Source: Octopus vulgaris | Taxonomy: Eukaryota | Reading direction: 5' to 3' | DNA length: 64,000 nucleotides | Assembly (NCBI GenBank): GCA_951406725.2 | Contig: OX597825.1 | Location: 28,892,001-28,956,000, forward strand | Shown: positions 28,331 through 43,092 of the stretch, in pieces | Position numbering within the stretch: the first letter of the stretch is position 1 | How the letters are laid out: the number at the start of each line of letters is the position of its first letter | Program-made: the position numbers and the translations under genes | Notes under the pieces: model-generated | Databases searched by the model: none | What the model was told of the DNA's origin: nothing | The model's input: the letters and a program-made list of their open reading frames with translations, nothing else

Positions 28331-28665
28331 GATGCTGATGAAGAAGAAGATGATGACGACGACGATGATGATGATGATGGTAACACGGCGACTGAAGCTG
28401 CGCTTTCTTCATTCCACACACGTTGCGATGTGATCTCGTACCCCCCCCTCCTTTTTACTAACGTCCTCCTCGTAACAGAAACAACAACAACAACAACAAC
28501 AGCAACAACGGCAGCAGCAGCAGCAGCAGCAGCAGCAGCGGCAGCGGCAGCAGCAGCAGCAGCAGCTGTAGCAGCAGCAGCAGCAACAACAACAACAACA
28601 ACCACAACCACAACACCAACAACAAGTACAGCACCGACAACAACAACAATTACAACGACAAAAAC
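28070..28665. repeat. (GAT/GAC)n and (CAA/CAG)n trinucleotide tracts
   Basis: Read directly from the sequence. Confidence 0.9.
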
Positions 28666-28800
28666 AAATCGGGATATAAAAGGAAAAAAAAAAATATTAA
28701 ACAGTAAAAAAAACAAAAAAAACTACCCCCCAAAAAAACTGGATTAAATATTGTTAAATACGATGCGAAATAATTATAATATAACATAATATTACAATAT

Positions 28801-28884
<84 letters not shown>

Positions 28885-28895
28885 CATATATATAT

Positions 28896-28969
<74 letters not shown>

Positions 28970-29533
28970 ATATACATATGTATATACATGCACGTTTGTG
29001 TAAAGCGAGAAAATAGAGAGAAAAAGGAAACAAATAGAGGATGCTATTAATTTGAAAAGATAAACACATACAAAAAAAAAATACAAAAAGAAAAGAAAAG
29101 AAAAAAGGAAAAAAAAAAATTATATGAAAAGAAAGAAAAGAAAGAGGATATCCTTTCGCAGCCTCGCACTCCCTCTCCCTCTGCCTCTCTCTCTCTCTCT
29201 CTCTCGCTCTCTCGCTCTCGCTCTCTTTCTCTTTCTCTTTTTCTCCCTTGCTCTTTGTCTGCGTCTGTCTGTCTGTCTGTCTCTCTCTCTTTCACTATTC
29301 ACACTCACACACACACATACACACACATACGCATACACTTCCACACTTACACATACGTGTATGCACATATACATATACATATACGCACACACACACACAC
29401 AGACACACACACACACATATACATACACACATCTCTAACAACCTAGTTGATTTCTATGTCTCTTTCACTTCACTCTTCAAATTTTAACCTGAAATCACTT
29501 TGAAGAATATTGTATCCTGGGGCAAATCGTAGT

Positions 29534-29565
<32 letters not shown>

Positions 29566-29746
29566 ATATATATACCTATATACGCTAATATATATATATA
29601 TACCCACATTTACATATTTCTATACACTTATATACGCGTGTAAATATATTTAATATATACACTTAACGTATATATACATAAGTTCATATACACAAACACA
29701 CGTGCATATGTATTAAAACTATATATTTATATATATACACATATAT

Positions 29747-29811
<65 letters not shown>

Positions 29812-30227
29812 CACATACATAGATCATCCATTGCATATGCATGTATATAATATTGATATACATACACGCAAACAAACGAACAGTCATACATACACACATG
29901 TATGTATAATTTGTTTGTTGTCGCTGGAATATAAACGTGGGAAACACACGCACACACACACACGCTCGCGCGCGCACACACACCTATGTAAGCATAAACA
30001 TACACACACGTGCGCCCGTACACACACATATGCATTCGCACATACATACACAGAATTACAGCGTCAAATGTGAAATATTTCTTTCTCTATGATATATATA
30101 TATCTATATATCTACATATATACACATATATATATCCTCTCTCTTCTGTGTATTTATTGTTATTTTACAAAAACAAACTGTGTGATGTTTTCAATTCTCA
30201 AACAACGGATTTTAACAATCTCTGAAG

Positions 30228-30315
30228 ATGGAATATTTTACCATGCTGGGATATACCAAACTTAAATTCCTTCTAGTGATTCTTACCATAATTCAGTTTA
30301 TAGATGCTAAATCAG
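30228..30315 (+). CDS. Probable first coding exon encoding a signal peptide (MEYFTMLGYTKLKFLLVILTIIQFIDAKS), phase-1 donor; unknown secreted or membrane protein
   Basis: AAGATGG Kozak context, in-frame upstream TAA at 30213, basic-then-hydrophobic N-terminus, consensus donor CAG|GTGAGT with GT at 30316, unique sequence. Confidence 0.62.
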
Positions 30316-30320
30316 GTGAG

Positions 30321-30372
<52 letters not shown>

Positions 30373-30603
30373 GATTGTCATTATTTTTTTTATCTTTCTT
30401 GTCATCGTTTCAATTTTTCTTTCAGAAACTCCTCCGTATATTGCTGTGGTTTAGTTAGATTACTTTCGTGAAAGCTAGTATTAGCGGAGGTACTGGGTGG
30501 TGCCTCTGAAGCGATGTGTTTTTTGTTCTCGACATAGTTTTATTTCGCGGTATACAGATATAATATGCGCGTGTATATGTGTGTATGGGTGTATATAACT
30601 CTG

Positions 30604-30707
<104 letters not shown>

Positions 30708-30758
30708 ACTATCATATAGATATAAACCCACATACCATAGTCATACATAAATATAGAA

Positions 30759-30821
<63 letters not shown>

Positions 30822-31309
30822 GACAAGCATATATATGTATAAATGCATACACCTACACACTTGTATGTGTATATGTTTGTATGTAAGCTTATCAATAAAA
30901 AGTTATGCATACCGTAGATGTACAACAGGTTAGAACATATAAGTGTGTGTGTGTGTATGTATGTGCATGTATGTATGTATAACAATATAGAATTGTGTGC
31001 ATGTCATATAAATATGTAAACGTTAGCGTATATAAATTCATAAACATACCTCCCTATATACACTCACTGTTTATACATTTCTACGTGTTATATATACTAT
31101 TGTGATATATATATAGTGAGATTCAGTTTAATTCTGTCCTATATCTTCGTTGCCCGGGTGGCAAATAGGGGCCACAGTCGTCGTTGTCGTCTTCTTCTTC
31201 TTCTTCTTCTTCTTCTTCTTCTTCTTCTCCTCCTCCTCCTCCTCCTACTCCTCCTCCTACGAAATCCTTATCATCCATAGTTTAAAAAAAAATTATTATT
31301 GGTAAAAGC

Positions 31310-32548
31310 AGTGGATTTAGCAGAATCTGTAGAGCGTCTGGTAAAATGCCTTGCGGTGTTTCTTCCGGTTGTTTACGTTCTGATTTCACATCCCACCGAG
31401 GTCAGCTTTATCATTCATCCTTCCCGCCCGCCCGCCCGGCCGCCGGGTCGCTGAAACGAATTACTTGTCAAATCCTAGGGTCATGTAATCAACTAACTTC
31501 TCCAAGAAAAAAAAAATCTGCTCCTGTGCCTAAGTTGGAATCGGTCGAGCGCCGGTAAAGAAACCTTGTGGGAATTGACCATGGTTTATTGGGCTCGCTG
31601 GGATGAATACAGCTTTCCATCCACCCGGGGTCGATAAAATAAGATATTAGTCAAGTACTGGTGTCCATCTAATCGATTGCCCTCTCTCCTTTTCATTCTC
31701 ACAGTTCGCTCTTATACCCGTGTAAAAATATATGCTTATCTAAGCTCAGATCTACATTATTCAACAGACCTGTGATCAAAAGCATTCCTACCACGACCAC
31801 CCAGACGTCTTTTGCATACTGACGTTTACCTAGTAGTGACTGTGTCCTGTTTCCAATATAGGCATCTAATTGGCAGAGTTGTTAAAGCGTAGAACAAGAT
31901 ACTGTGGCTCGATCTCTTCTAGTTCGTTACACTCAGAGTTCAAATTCCGTCGAGATCAACTTAGATACTTGTCCTTCCGGGGGTTCGATAGACTAAGGCT
32001 ACCAGTCCACGGTACCGGATTGGTAGAATAGTTTGAGCATCAAGCGAACTCCTTGGCGATATCTGCTCCTGCATTTTACGTTCCGGTTTCTGAGATTGTT
32101 ACAACCATCGTCCGGTATAATACTACCATCTGCTCCTTGGGTTTCTTCAATGGAGTTCACTCTTTTGCAAGAGCTTTGGTCAGGTGTCTCGTGTGAAGAC
32201 AACATCCGAAATCCCACCTTGCAGTTTCAGAGCTCCTACTAAGAATACTAAGGGTCAAGGGCGCTTTCTTCACCACCTTGACGAAAGTATAAAGATAATA
32301 GTAAAATGTGATTTGGCTGATTATCAACTGAATAGAGGTTCCGTCAATGTCTTGAATAGACACCAATAGATACCAGTAATATACTGCGATATATTTAATC
32401 GATTATATTTCTTTGATCTACATTACCGGCGTCGATATTTGCTTTTCATCCTTTCGGGTTCGATAAAATAAGTACCAGTTGAGCACTGGGGTCGATGCTT
32501 CGACCTATTCCCTCCTCGAAATTGCTGGCCTTGTGCCAAAATTTGGAC

Positions 32549-32600
<52 letters not shown>

Positions 32601-32780
32601 ATTATTATTATTATTATTATTCAAATTCCGCCGATGACAACTTTATGTTTCATTCTCTTGCTGTTCAAGAAACGAAGTGCCAGTGGGGGGGAGGGGGTCG
32701 GGATCGGTGTAACCACCTTGATTCCCCCTCCCCTCAAAATTATTAGCTTCGTACCCAAATTAAAAAGAATTATCATTATT
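31310..32780 (+). mobile_element. Cluster of diverged family B-related SINE fragments
   Basis: Repeated GCAGAATC..TAG, GAGTTCAAATTCC and GGGGTCGATAAAATAAG motifs at about 31320, 31625, 31870, 32440 and 32620. Confidence 0.7.
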
Positions 32781-33009
32781 ACTTTTTTATTATTATCAGT
32801 GGATTAGCAGGGTGGCAGCGTGTCGGCTAAAAGAGTAAACGAGAAATGAGTTCAATTCCTGTCAAGACTAGAAATATCTTTCAATCTTCCAGGGGGTCCA
32901 TGATATACGTACGTACCAGTTATGTATTAGGGTGAAAATTTACACTAATGGCTACGCTGCCTGCCAGCAAAACATGTGTCCTTGTGCTTATTTGAAAGTA
33001 GAGACGACG

Positions 33010-33081
<72 letters not shown>

Positions 33082-33199
33082 GTTGTTGTTGCTGCTATTG
33101 CTGCTGCTGCTGCTGTTAATATAGTTGTATTTTATCCATTATATTTACATACGGGTATATGCGTGTGTGTGTGTGTGTGTGTGTGCGTGTGTGTGTGTT

Positions 33200-33232
<33 letters not shown>

Positions 33233-33956
33233 ATGAGAGAAAGAGCATGTGTCTCTGTCTACATTTAAGCGTGTATGTGTGTAGACACGATCTATGTATG
33301 GGCGAACGTATCAATGCATATGTATGTATACGTTTGAATTACTTCATTTATTTATGTGTGTGTATATGTGTATATAGATATGTGTATGTGTGTGTGTCTG
33401 TACGCACATGTGCATATGTAAGTTTGTACTTAAGTTTGTATGTGTCTGCATATCTTTCTACGTATATGAGTGCATGTGTGTAATTAAGCGTATGTATATG
33501 TATGAATGTACTTAAGCATGCCAATGTGTATATATGTTTATTCAAGTAAATTCTTCAGTCATGTATGTAGACGAATATTTGTAAATGCATGTGTGCGTGA
33601 GCGTGTGTGTGAGTGTGTGTGTATTGGTATATATACAACACGAATGTGTCTATGTATATGTTTGTATGTACGTATTTACGACTGTGTGTCTATGTGCGTC
33701 ATCTGTATCTAGGTACGCGCGTATATACATACATACATGCATGCATGCATGCGTGCGTATATATGTGTGTGTGTGTGTGTGTTTGTGCACATGTATATGT
33801 TTGTACAGACTATTGTATAATAGCTGCACTATTGTAATGTACCGCCATGTTATATCGCTGTTACCCGTGGGTCAAATAAACGAATTATTATCATGTCTGT
33901 CTCTCTGTTGTTGTCCCCTCCCCTCCGTCCTTCGACCTTGTGGCAAATAAATGAAA

Positions 33957-34002
<46 letters not shown>

Positions 34003-34189
34003 TGTGGCAATTCAGTCTTGCCGTTATCCCCCCCCCCCCGTTCCTTAGTTCATGCTGATTTTCACATGCACAAAACACGTTTTTGAAATGAATACCAACA
34101 CAAGAATTACGCGCGCACGTTGAGGTATGTATGTATGTATGTATGTATGTATGTATGTATGTATGTATGTATGTATGTATGTATATATA

Positions 34190-34320
34190 CAGGGTGTGCC
34201 CAAAAAATGTATACACATATTGGTTCGGCAAAAGAGAACGATAGAATAAGTACTAGGCTTACAAAGAATAACAAATTTACAATTATTTAAGGTGTATATA
34301 CATTTTTTTTGGACACCCTG
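34190..34320. mobile_element. Tc1/mariner-type MITE (131 bp, TA flanks) carrying a 50-bp SINE fragment
   Basis: TA|CAGGGTGTGCCCAAAAAATGTATACAC ... GTGTATATACATTTTTTTTGGACACCCTG|TA. Confidence 0.85.
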
Positions 34321-34342
34321 TATATATATATATATTTTAGCC

Positions 34343-34438
34343 TTCATTTGAAGGCTAAAAAACAATGCGAAGCGCATTGTGACCAGCGATGTGTAGCAAC
34401 ATCTGATAGCCTGGTCGGTCACGGTGATCACGGTGATA
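34343..34438 (+). mobile_element. 3' end of a family C-related SINE
   Basis: Matches 44550-44638 (GAAGGCTAAAA..AATGCGAA..CATTGTGACCAGCGATGTG). Confidence 0.85.
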
Positions 34439-34459
34439 TATGTATATATACACACACAA

Positions 34460-34496
<37 letters not shown>

Positions 34497-35175
34497 AGCG
34501 TGCAAACTTACATGCATATGTGTGCACGCATACATCCTGAAAATGAAAACAAATCGTTTACATTTTTTAGTTTTAATTTCTTAAAGAGAAAGAAACAAAA
34601 AATAAAAAATAAAAAAACCAGAAAAGAAAAGAAGCACTGTAATCATTTAGCCCTAGGTCATATAGAAGTGGAAACCTGATCAAAATCACACCAACGAATG
34701 CCATCCTGCTTTTATTCCGGCACAGCGTAAGCTAGGCTGCACTATCCACTGTGTTCTTATAGTAGCGAAAAAAGTTGACTTGTACAATGCGATATGAGTG
34801 AGAAATAACTGCTACTTCTAACAGGTGCTACAACCCAAATAGACAATCTCTAATCTGTACAGTGTGCGTGCATGTGTGATCGTATGTGTTTGTGTGTGGG
34901 TGTGTGTATGTTAATATCGTATATGTACGATATACATACACACACACACACATATATATATATACACATATATATATATATATACATAAATATGCAATAT
35001 GCATACATATGACAAATGTACACGTATATATATATATATATATATACACACGCACACAAATATATATGTGTTTGTGTATGCATATTTGTGTGTGTGTGTA
35101 TGAATAAATATATGTATACATATGTATATATGAACACTATAAATGCATATGTATACACAAACGTACACACACACA

Positions 35176-35207
<32 letters not shown>

Positions 35208-35676
35208 CGCACATATATATAAACGAAGATATGTCTAAATGCACAGACAGACAGACACTCACACACACACACACACACACAAACACACACATGATTTTTC
35301 GATAGATTATATATTGAGATTTCTGGTTGTTGTTGATAGATTCTTTGAGGGTGGATTTCATGGTGGACGCGGGGTTAGGGTGTAAGAGCTTGAGGTGGCT
35401 TATATTATATCGAAGTATCTCAAGATATTTCGAGAACTAAACAGACTTTCGAACATAAGGTGTAGCGAAGAGAACTTACATCTGAACGAGTGTACGTAAA
35501 TGTATGTACCTATGTATGTATGTATGTATGTATGTATGTATGTATGTATGTATGTATGTATGTATGTATGTATGTATGTATGTATGCATGTATGTACGTA
35601 CGGTTAAGCTAATATGTGTATGTATATGCATGTGGGAGAATATGTGTCAGTGTGTGTAGATAGAAAGATATATGCA

Positions 35677-35754
<78 letters not shown>

Positions 35755-35807
35755 CACATGTACATATATATTTATTTATGTGAGCGCATGTGTATGTATG
35801 GATGAAT

Positions 35808-35844
<37 letters not shown>

Positions 35845-35961
35845 CATTCATATATATATATGTATACAAGTATACAAACATACACACACACCACACACAC
35901 ACACACATATATATACACATAAATATTCGTCTATCGATACATATATATTATGCATACACAT

Positions 35962-36012
<51 letters not shown>

Positions 36013-36356
36013 AATATCTATATGTAGTGTATGTGTGTGTATATATATATATACACACACAGAGATATATATACATAAACATGATATATATGGATATACA
36101 TGCATACATGTATGTATAAAATCATACATATATATATATACGTATACTTACATACACAGCAACACCCCCGCCACACGAACACACACAAGCAAACATATAC
36201 ATGGAAGTGTAGACAGAGAGATAGCAAAATCCGACTACAGAAGTTCAACTATTAGAGTGAAATGAATCGCTTGATTTATATTTATACATACATTTTCACA
36301 AAGAAACATGCATACACACACACATACATACATGCATACATACATACATACATACA

Positions 36357-36388
<32 letters not shown>

Positions 36389-36561
36389 CACATACATACA
36401 TACATTCATATATACATCAGAATTCTGTACGTATAATATATATCTAAATGCGAATGTACGTGCTCATACCTACATGCCTACACGTAATGGGTATTTGTGT
36501 ATGTATGTATGTATGTATGTATGTATGTATGTATGTATGTATGTATATATATATAATAATA

Positions 36562-36597
<36 letters not shown>

Positions 36598-36731
36598 TAA
36601 TATTATATATATATATACATATGCACATATATATATGTGCACAACTATATATCTTAATATTATATATTCTCCTATTTGAAGCGATAATTTTATATATATA
36701 TATATTTCGATCTATCTATCTATATACATAC

Positions 36732-36854
<123 letters not shown>

Positions 36855-37080
36855 CACATATATATTACATGTGTGTGCAAAGAAAAATATCTAGGTGCAC
36901 GCTTCATGTTGACATAATGGAAAACATGTGCATTCACAGACGTAGAAACATGCACAGGTTGCTCAACGCAAACATGCAAAATGCACGCTCGCACGCTCCT
37001 GTAACGCTCACGCATTTACGTAAACACATGCAGACATACACACTTGCACACGGCGTTCACAAACACAAGCACATGCACAA

Positions 37081-37114
<34 letters not shown>

Positions 37115-37436
37115 TCTCTGTCTCTCTCTCTGTCTCTCTCTCTCTCTCTCTCACACACACGTACATGTACAATTCGAGCACAAAGCATGCAACTACATTA
37201 ACCTTACGAATACCATATAATGTTGTCATGCCTGTTGTTAAGCCCCGCTCGTCAATTTTGCAAGCAGCGCCTTACGAGTAATCGTATTTGGAATGACTGG
37301 TTGCCTTTTGAGTGAGCTATGGCTGCTATGCCTAGCAAATCCAATGACCACATCGTGGCTACCCCGCTGTCTCAAACTAATTTCCGAAAGAGAATATCGC
37401 GGATATTTAGCAAGTACTAATACACACACACCCACT

Positions 37437-37468
<32 letters not shown>

Positions 37469-39120
37469 CACACATACACACACGAATCGTATATGTATAT
37501 GTGTCTGTGCTCCAGTATGGCCGCAGTCAAATGGCTGAAACAAGTAAAACAGTAAAAGAATAAATATATGGCTGATCGGCGTAAGGTGACCGTCAGGAAG
37601 GGATGTTCTCGTCCCTCCTTTCTGCCAACGGGTAGCCCCCCACACCCAACCCGCTTACCGGTGTAAGATCGACTCTACACGGCTGGCGCGTCCCCAAATC
37701 TCCGCCGCCACAGAAAAATGGCGGTACCCCAGCATGGCCACAGCTCGTGAGCTGAAACTAGATGAAAATGAAAATGAAAAAATATATATATATGTCTGTA
37801 TGTATGCATGTATATATATATATATATACATACGGGTGGCAGCGAACTTTCGATATACCTATGGGAGGTAAACTTTCTCCGACACCCGGTTTAGTATCAG
37901 TTAGCCACCGGCTTCCTTCAACGTGATTACTTCTATTGCGAATTTTCTCATCAGATTTCCGGTTTCACAATAACTTTCAGCTGTGGTCGAAACCTTTATT
38001 TCGTTACCTCACTAAGCCCGGAAACAGTCCAGAACTGCTTAGGGGAGATGGTCTTTCTTTGTAATCTGTTTGAAATATACGGTAATAGATAAACGAATAA
38101 AGGCTAAGATATATCAGAATGGTTACTGAAGCCTGCTTTCAGTACAAAATTACACTTATTTCATGCTTCACTGTAATAAATGCGAAGTCCTTCATTCAGA
38201 TATAAATACCTACGAACATATATGATTATCTGTGTGTGTGCGTGTGTGTGTGTGTACTTGTGAGTTTGAATGTATATGGCTATACATACAGACAGACGTA
38301 TATGTACATATATATTTATGTATACATAATAACACATATATGCATATACATTCATCACAAAATACACATACATACACACACATATACACACACACGCACC
38401 CAACGACATAAATAGTTAACACGTTTCCTTGAAGCTGTGAAACAAACATCTTTTGTGGACCTCATCATTTTAAGCGAACTTGTAATACATCTGTGTATTT
38501 GCGCGCGTTTGGACATAGGTGCGTGTGTATGTATCTCTCCGTATGTGAGTGTGTCAATCACGAACGTATAGGGTATAATGGTCTATGCAGCATGTACATA
38601 CACACACAGAGACACACACATACACACATATAGAAATATATGTATATATATGCATACACACACACACACATACACACAAATGGCCATAGACCTAAAGGCA
38701 CGGCGAGTGTATGTGTGGTGTGATACCTAAATGGGTGTACATTTTATATATATATATATATATGGATTTGTGCGTGTATATATGTACGTGTGTGTGTGTA
38801 TGTGTGCGCGGCAAAGCGTGTAATCAACTAGTGTGTGAAAAATGCGGTTGTCTAGATTCGCTTATATAATTGACCATGAAGAGATAAGTGTATGCATGTA
38901 TATTGCTCTCTTTTCTCTGACTGTACCAGTGTGTTTATGTGTGTGCGTATCTGAGCTTGTTTGTGTCTGTAAACACGATTGCTCATGTGTGTTTGCAGAT
39001 ATTTGACGATGTATGAATAACAATGTTCATCTGTCGATCTTTGTGTTTGCGTTTCTGAACGTATGTGAATTTGTATGCACACATATTTATGTATACTTAA
39101 TCGTATGGATACACGCGCCC

Positions 39121-39188
<68 letters not shown>

Positions 39189-39381
39189 ACATATATATAC
39201 ACACCACACATATATATATATACACACATATACTTATATATAAATGTATGCATGTATAACTGTATCTATGTGTTATGCAAGTGCGTATGTGTGTGTGTAC
39301 AAATGTATAGATACATACATATATAAGTATATATATATACATGTGTGTGTATACATATATGTGTGAGTATATATATATATA

Positions 39382-39426
<45 letters not shown>

Positions 39427-40167
39427 GTGTGTATGTGTGTATAGATATGTGTATATATATATATGCATACACACACAGAAATACATATGTATGTGCGTAT
39501 AAGCGCACATACCTATAAAAATATGTATTTTCATTATTGACACTGAATATCATTGTCTCTGATTATAATAAGCGGATTCCACTTCGCGTGCGTGCACACA
39601 CACACAAACACACGTATTGTGTTCTCTTATCTACTTCTTGACTCTTTCCTTCTTCCCTTTTCTCTTCTTCTTCTGCCTCTCTTTACACCCCCACCCCCAC
39701 CGACACGCGCTTTTCTGTCCCTTATTTACTCTGAGCTTGGCTGTAGGTTTCACTGTTGTTTGTTCCTATCACTATGTTATTAAACAGAAAACTCCCTGAA
39801 AATGGCACAGTCAGTAAAATACTGAAGTATATGTTTCAAAACCTTTACTTAACATACTTCATATTTCCGAGTTCGAATACCGCCCGTTGCTGAATTTTCC
39901 CATCGTTTTTAATTCACAACCAGATCGATTAAATCTCCTTTTCTAATCATTGAAACGTGTGTCCTTTTGCTGAGAAAAAAAATGGATATTCTTTAAGTAA
40001 TGGTGGTGCAATGGCAAAATTGTTGAAGCTCGTTCAAATCTTCACCTTTCCAAGTAGACTTCAACGTTTATCCTTCCTCCGATCAGAAAAGATAAAATTC
40101 ATTAATCTCTCTGTCCGTGTGCGTATGCCTATCACACTTACAGGAAGCATGATTATATAAGAGTTTA

Positions 40168-40525
40168 TATCTTCTTCAAGCGGTTGCCCTTAAGATGCGT
40201 TTCACCTTGCCACACCACAAATCTCTGTTCCATTGGCTTTTGTCTACAACTTCATGTGTGTCCCAGCCTATAACATCACTTAGTGGCCTTCGTCCATGTG
40301 TAGAGTCTGAGAGTCTCCAAAGCTCAACATCTAATCACCTTGCCACACCACAAATCTCTGTTCCATTGGCTTTTGTCTACAACTTCATGTGTGTCCCAGC
40401 CTAAAACACCACTTAGTGGCCTTCGTCCATGTGTAGAGTCTGAGAGTCTCCAAAGCTCAACATCTAATATGGCTTGTTGTTCTGCACGCTAGCAGTGACT
40501 ACCAAAGCCTATCTTGCGTTGGGCA
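40168..40525 (-). mobile_element. RTE-like LINE 3' fragment with an internal 133-bp tandem duplication
   Basis: Minus strand AQRKIGFGSHC*RAEQQAILDVELWRL...GRRPL; (GAA) tail; units start at 40202 and 40335. Confidence 0.65.
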
Positions 40526-42060
40526 ACGATAGCATATAAGGGTAAAATGTGTCCCTAAATTTCCTTATTGGTCTCGTATTTACAATATGAAATGTTATGT
40601 CTACCAAAATTTAAGAAACGATTGTAAATAGTAGCGTCTGTAATCAGTTTTTAGCCCCAGGCGAGCTATGATCGACCTAACTACTCTATGATGAACAATA
40701 ATGCACCAAAGAGGTCCAACGCTTGGAAGTTCAATTTCTCTTCTAGTGCCTCTATTCCAGATTAAGCGACACAATGGTCAAGAGAACATTTTCGTGTCCC
40801 TTTCACATTTGCATAAAGGGCCACATCTCCTATCTCTTCCTTCCTACTTGCTACACCTATGATCGGCGAACGTATTCTAGTCATGGCTAGCCAGTCTTTT
40901 TTAAGAACACGTTATATGAAATGTTTCGTGTCCAGCTAGTTGTATCTAGTTCCAGATTATCTAAACTGTTTGTTCTTTATTTAAGACAGTTGAATTTGAG
41001 TTGAGCTGATGTGGTTACTACTTCTAAGAAACTAAGCGATGATGAAGATGCTTCTTCTGCCATCTGGTGTTGTAGTGGTTTCCTCTATAGTTATATGAAA
41101 GATGCTCTGTAGAATAAAAAGACACAAAGTGCTATAAAATTCCAGTAACAAATTCTAGCAACGCGGCCGATGCATTTCTTCTTTTCCTTCTAATCTCTTA
41201 ATCAAGAGAAGCCTCAGTTCCCATAGCCCTCAACATGCGTTTTGAGACTGGGGGTAGTGGTGGTGATAGCGAGGAAAGTATCCTTAAACCGGAGACCAGC
41301 CCAAATGCTTGCAGTAGAAGAGAATCCCCCGTTAAAAGCATCAAAGATGGAAGGTGATGGCGCTAAACCGATTGACGGTTTAAATGTACGACTCAAGTTC
41401 ACCGTTATGGGATTTGAACTCAGGACGTAAAAAGCTGGTACCAATAGCGCAACACATCCGGTCTGTTGTTCATACTGTTTCGTTCTTCCCCCAATGCACT
41501 ACATTGTAATTTTATCGACACTGAAAGATGATAGTCAAAGTTGAATTAAACGCAACAAAAGTTGAACTCAAAGCGCAGAGAGTCGTAATAAGACCCACGG
41601 CGTCCTGAGTCCCATCACGGTGTTCGGTTGCTGTTCAGAAATCAAAACGATTAAACCGGAATTTACATACTTTTTTTGCATTTTTTTCAATATCGTTACA
41701 TCTTCACATCCCGCCTACGCACGGTGTAGCAACTGCAAGGATAAATATAAGGAACAATTGTCTACCACTTCTAGTAATGTCATGCAAAGGGATACCACAT
41801 TAGCTTTAAAACGACCTGGGGTATTTTTAATATCTTTAAAAAAATTCTTTTTGCATTTCATGTATGTGTGCGCACACATATGGTCAGTGGGTAGTATCTT
41901 TCGAGAATCGGATAGCTTTTACGGCAAGTGTTTTAGCACCTTGGGCTGTCAGTTCATATCCCGCCGAGATCAACTCACAAGGCAGCGCTTCCAGGTAGAA
42001 AAATGATGTTCCAGAGCCGTGCTGTAACCATTGTCTTTGTTCTTTTCGTCGGTTTTGGTG

Positions 42061-42145
<85 letters not shown>

Positions 42146-42310
42146 AGAAATCGTCTGTAGTCAGACCTTGAGAGGGATAGGCTCTAACAGACCTAAAATT
42201 GCACAGGAAAAGCCATACGTAACGATTGGGCTTGTACGTCTCCACGGAGTATACATTTGCAGGCTTAGATTCAGGCATAGCCCAACGCAAGGCACAGTGT
42301 TATATACATA

Positions 42311-42471
42311 CGCGCAGGAATAGCTGTGTGGTAAGTAGCCTGCTTACCAACCACATGGTTCCGGTTTCAGTCCCACTGCGTGGAATCTGAGCAAGTGTTT
42401 TCTACTATAGCTTCGGACCGACCAAAGCCTTGTGAGTGGACTTGGTAGACGAAAACTGAAAGAAGCCCGTC
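42311..42471 (+). mobile_element. Family A SINE, 5' half
   Basis: GCGCAGGAATAGCTGTGTGGTAAGTAGC...GAAACTGAAAGAAGCCCGTC. Confidence 0.88.
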
Positions 42472-42675
42472 ATGTACGTATGTGTGTGTGTGTGTGACAT
42501 GGTTGATGCGACTGTATATTCCTCCCTAAAATGAACGGTAGTGGTAGCCAATTCCTAGCATCTATTCATTAATTAGTGATAAATCAAAACTCGGATTTGG
42601 GACCGAAAGCAATCTTAAATCAAAAATAAATGCTTGTCCTTACCATTTTGAAATTGAACAAATATGTTTTCTTGC

Positions 42676-42718
<43 letters not shown>

Positions 42719-42776
42719 CACGCACACATACACACACACTCACTGTTTAAAATATGTGTGAATTTATCTACCCCCC

Positions 42777-42806
<30 letters not shown>

Positions 42807-42813
<7 letters not shown>

Positions 42814-42924
42814 AATGCATGTACGTATACTCACCCACCCACGCATATATGTATATTATATATGCATATATATAATATACATATATGCGTGGGTGGGTGT
42901 GTTTACATACATGCATTTATATAT
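42807..42924. repeat. ~118-bp spacerless palindrome centred on TG|CA (42864/42865)
   Basis: The arms differ by three substitutions and a 2-nt indel. Confidence 0.85.
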
Positions 42925-43059
42925 TTATATACATAGAGACAGGCAGACAGAGCTAGATACATAGGAAAGGGTTTATAATATAAATAATTCAATATGTATA
43001 AAATATAATATAAATGTATACATGCTTGCCAGTTGCATGTATGCGTACATACATTCGTG

Positions 43060-43092
<33 letters not shown>

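Noticed and set aside
27777-28747. His-rich, Met-rich and Ala/Thr-rich ORFs resembling transcription-factor low-complexity regions
   Set aside because: Open in several frames on both strands because of GAT/CAG repeats; no folded domain adjoins them.
30222-30266. Hammerhead-like reading (CTGAAGA, stem, AAAC) overlapping the candidate exon
   Set aside because: GAAA is incomplete and helix I does not pair; the exon reading explains the sequence better, although a repeat origin is not excluded.
37935-37970. Minus-strand GAAACCGG and CTGATGA motifs
   Set aside because: I could not build consistent helices I-III; at most a decayed remnant.
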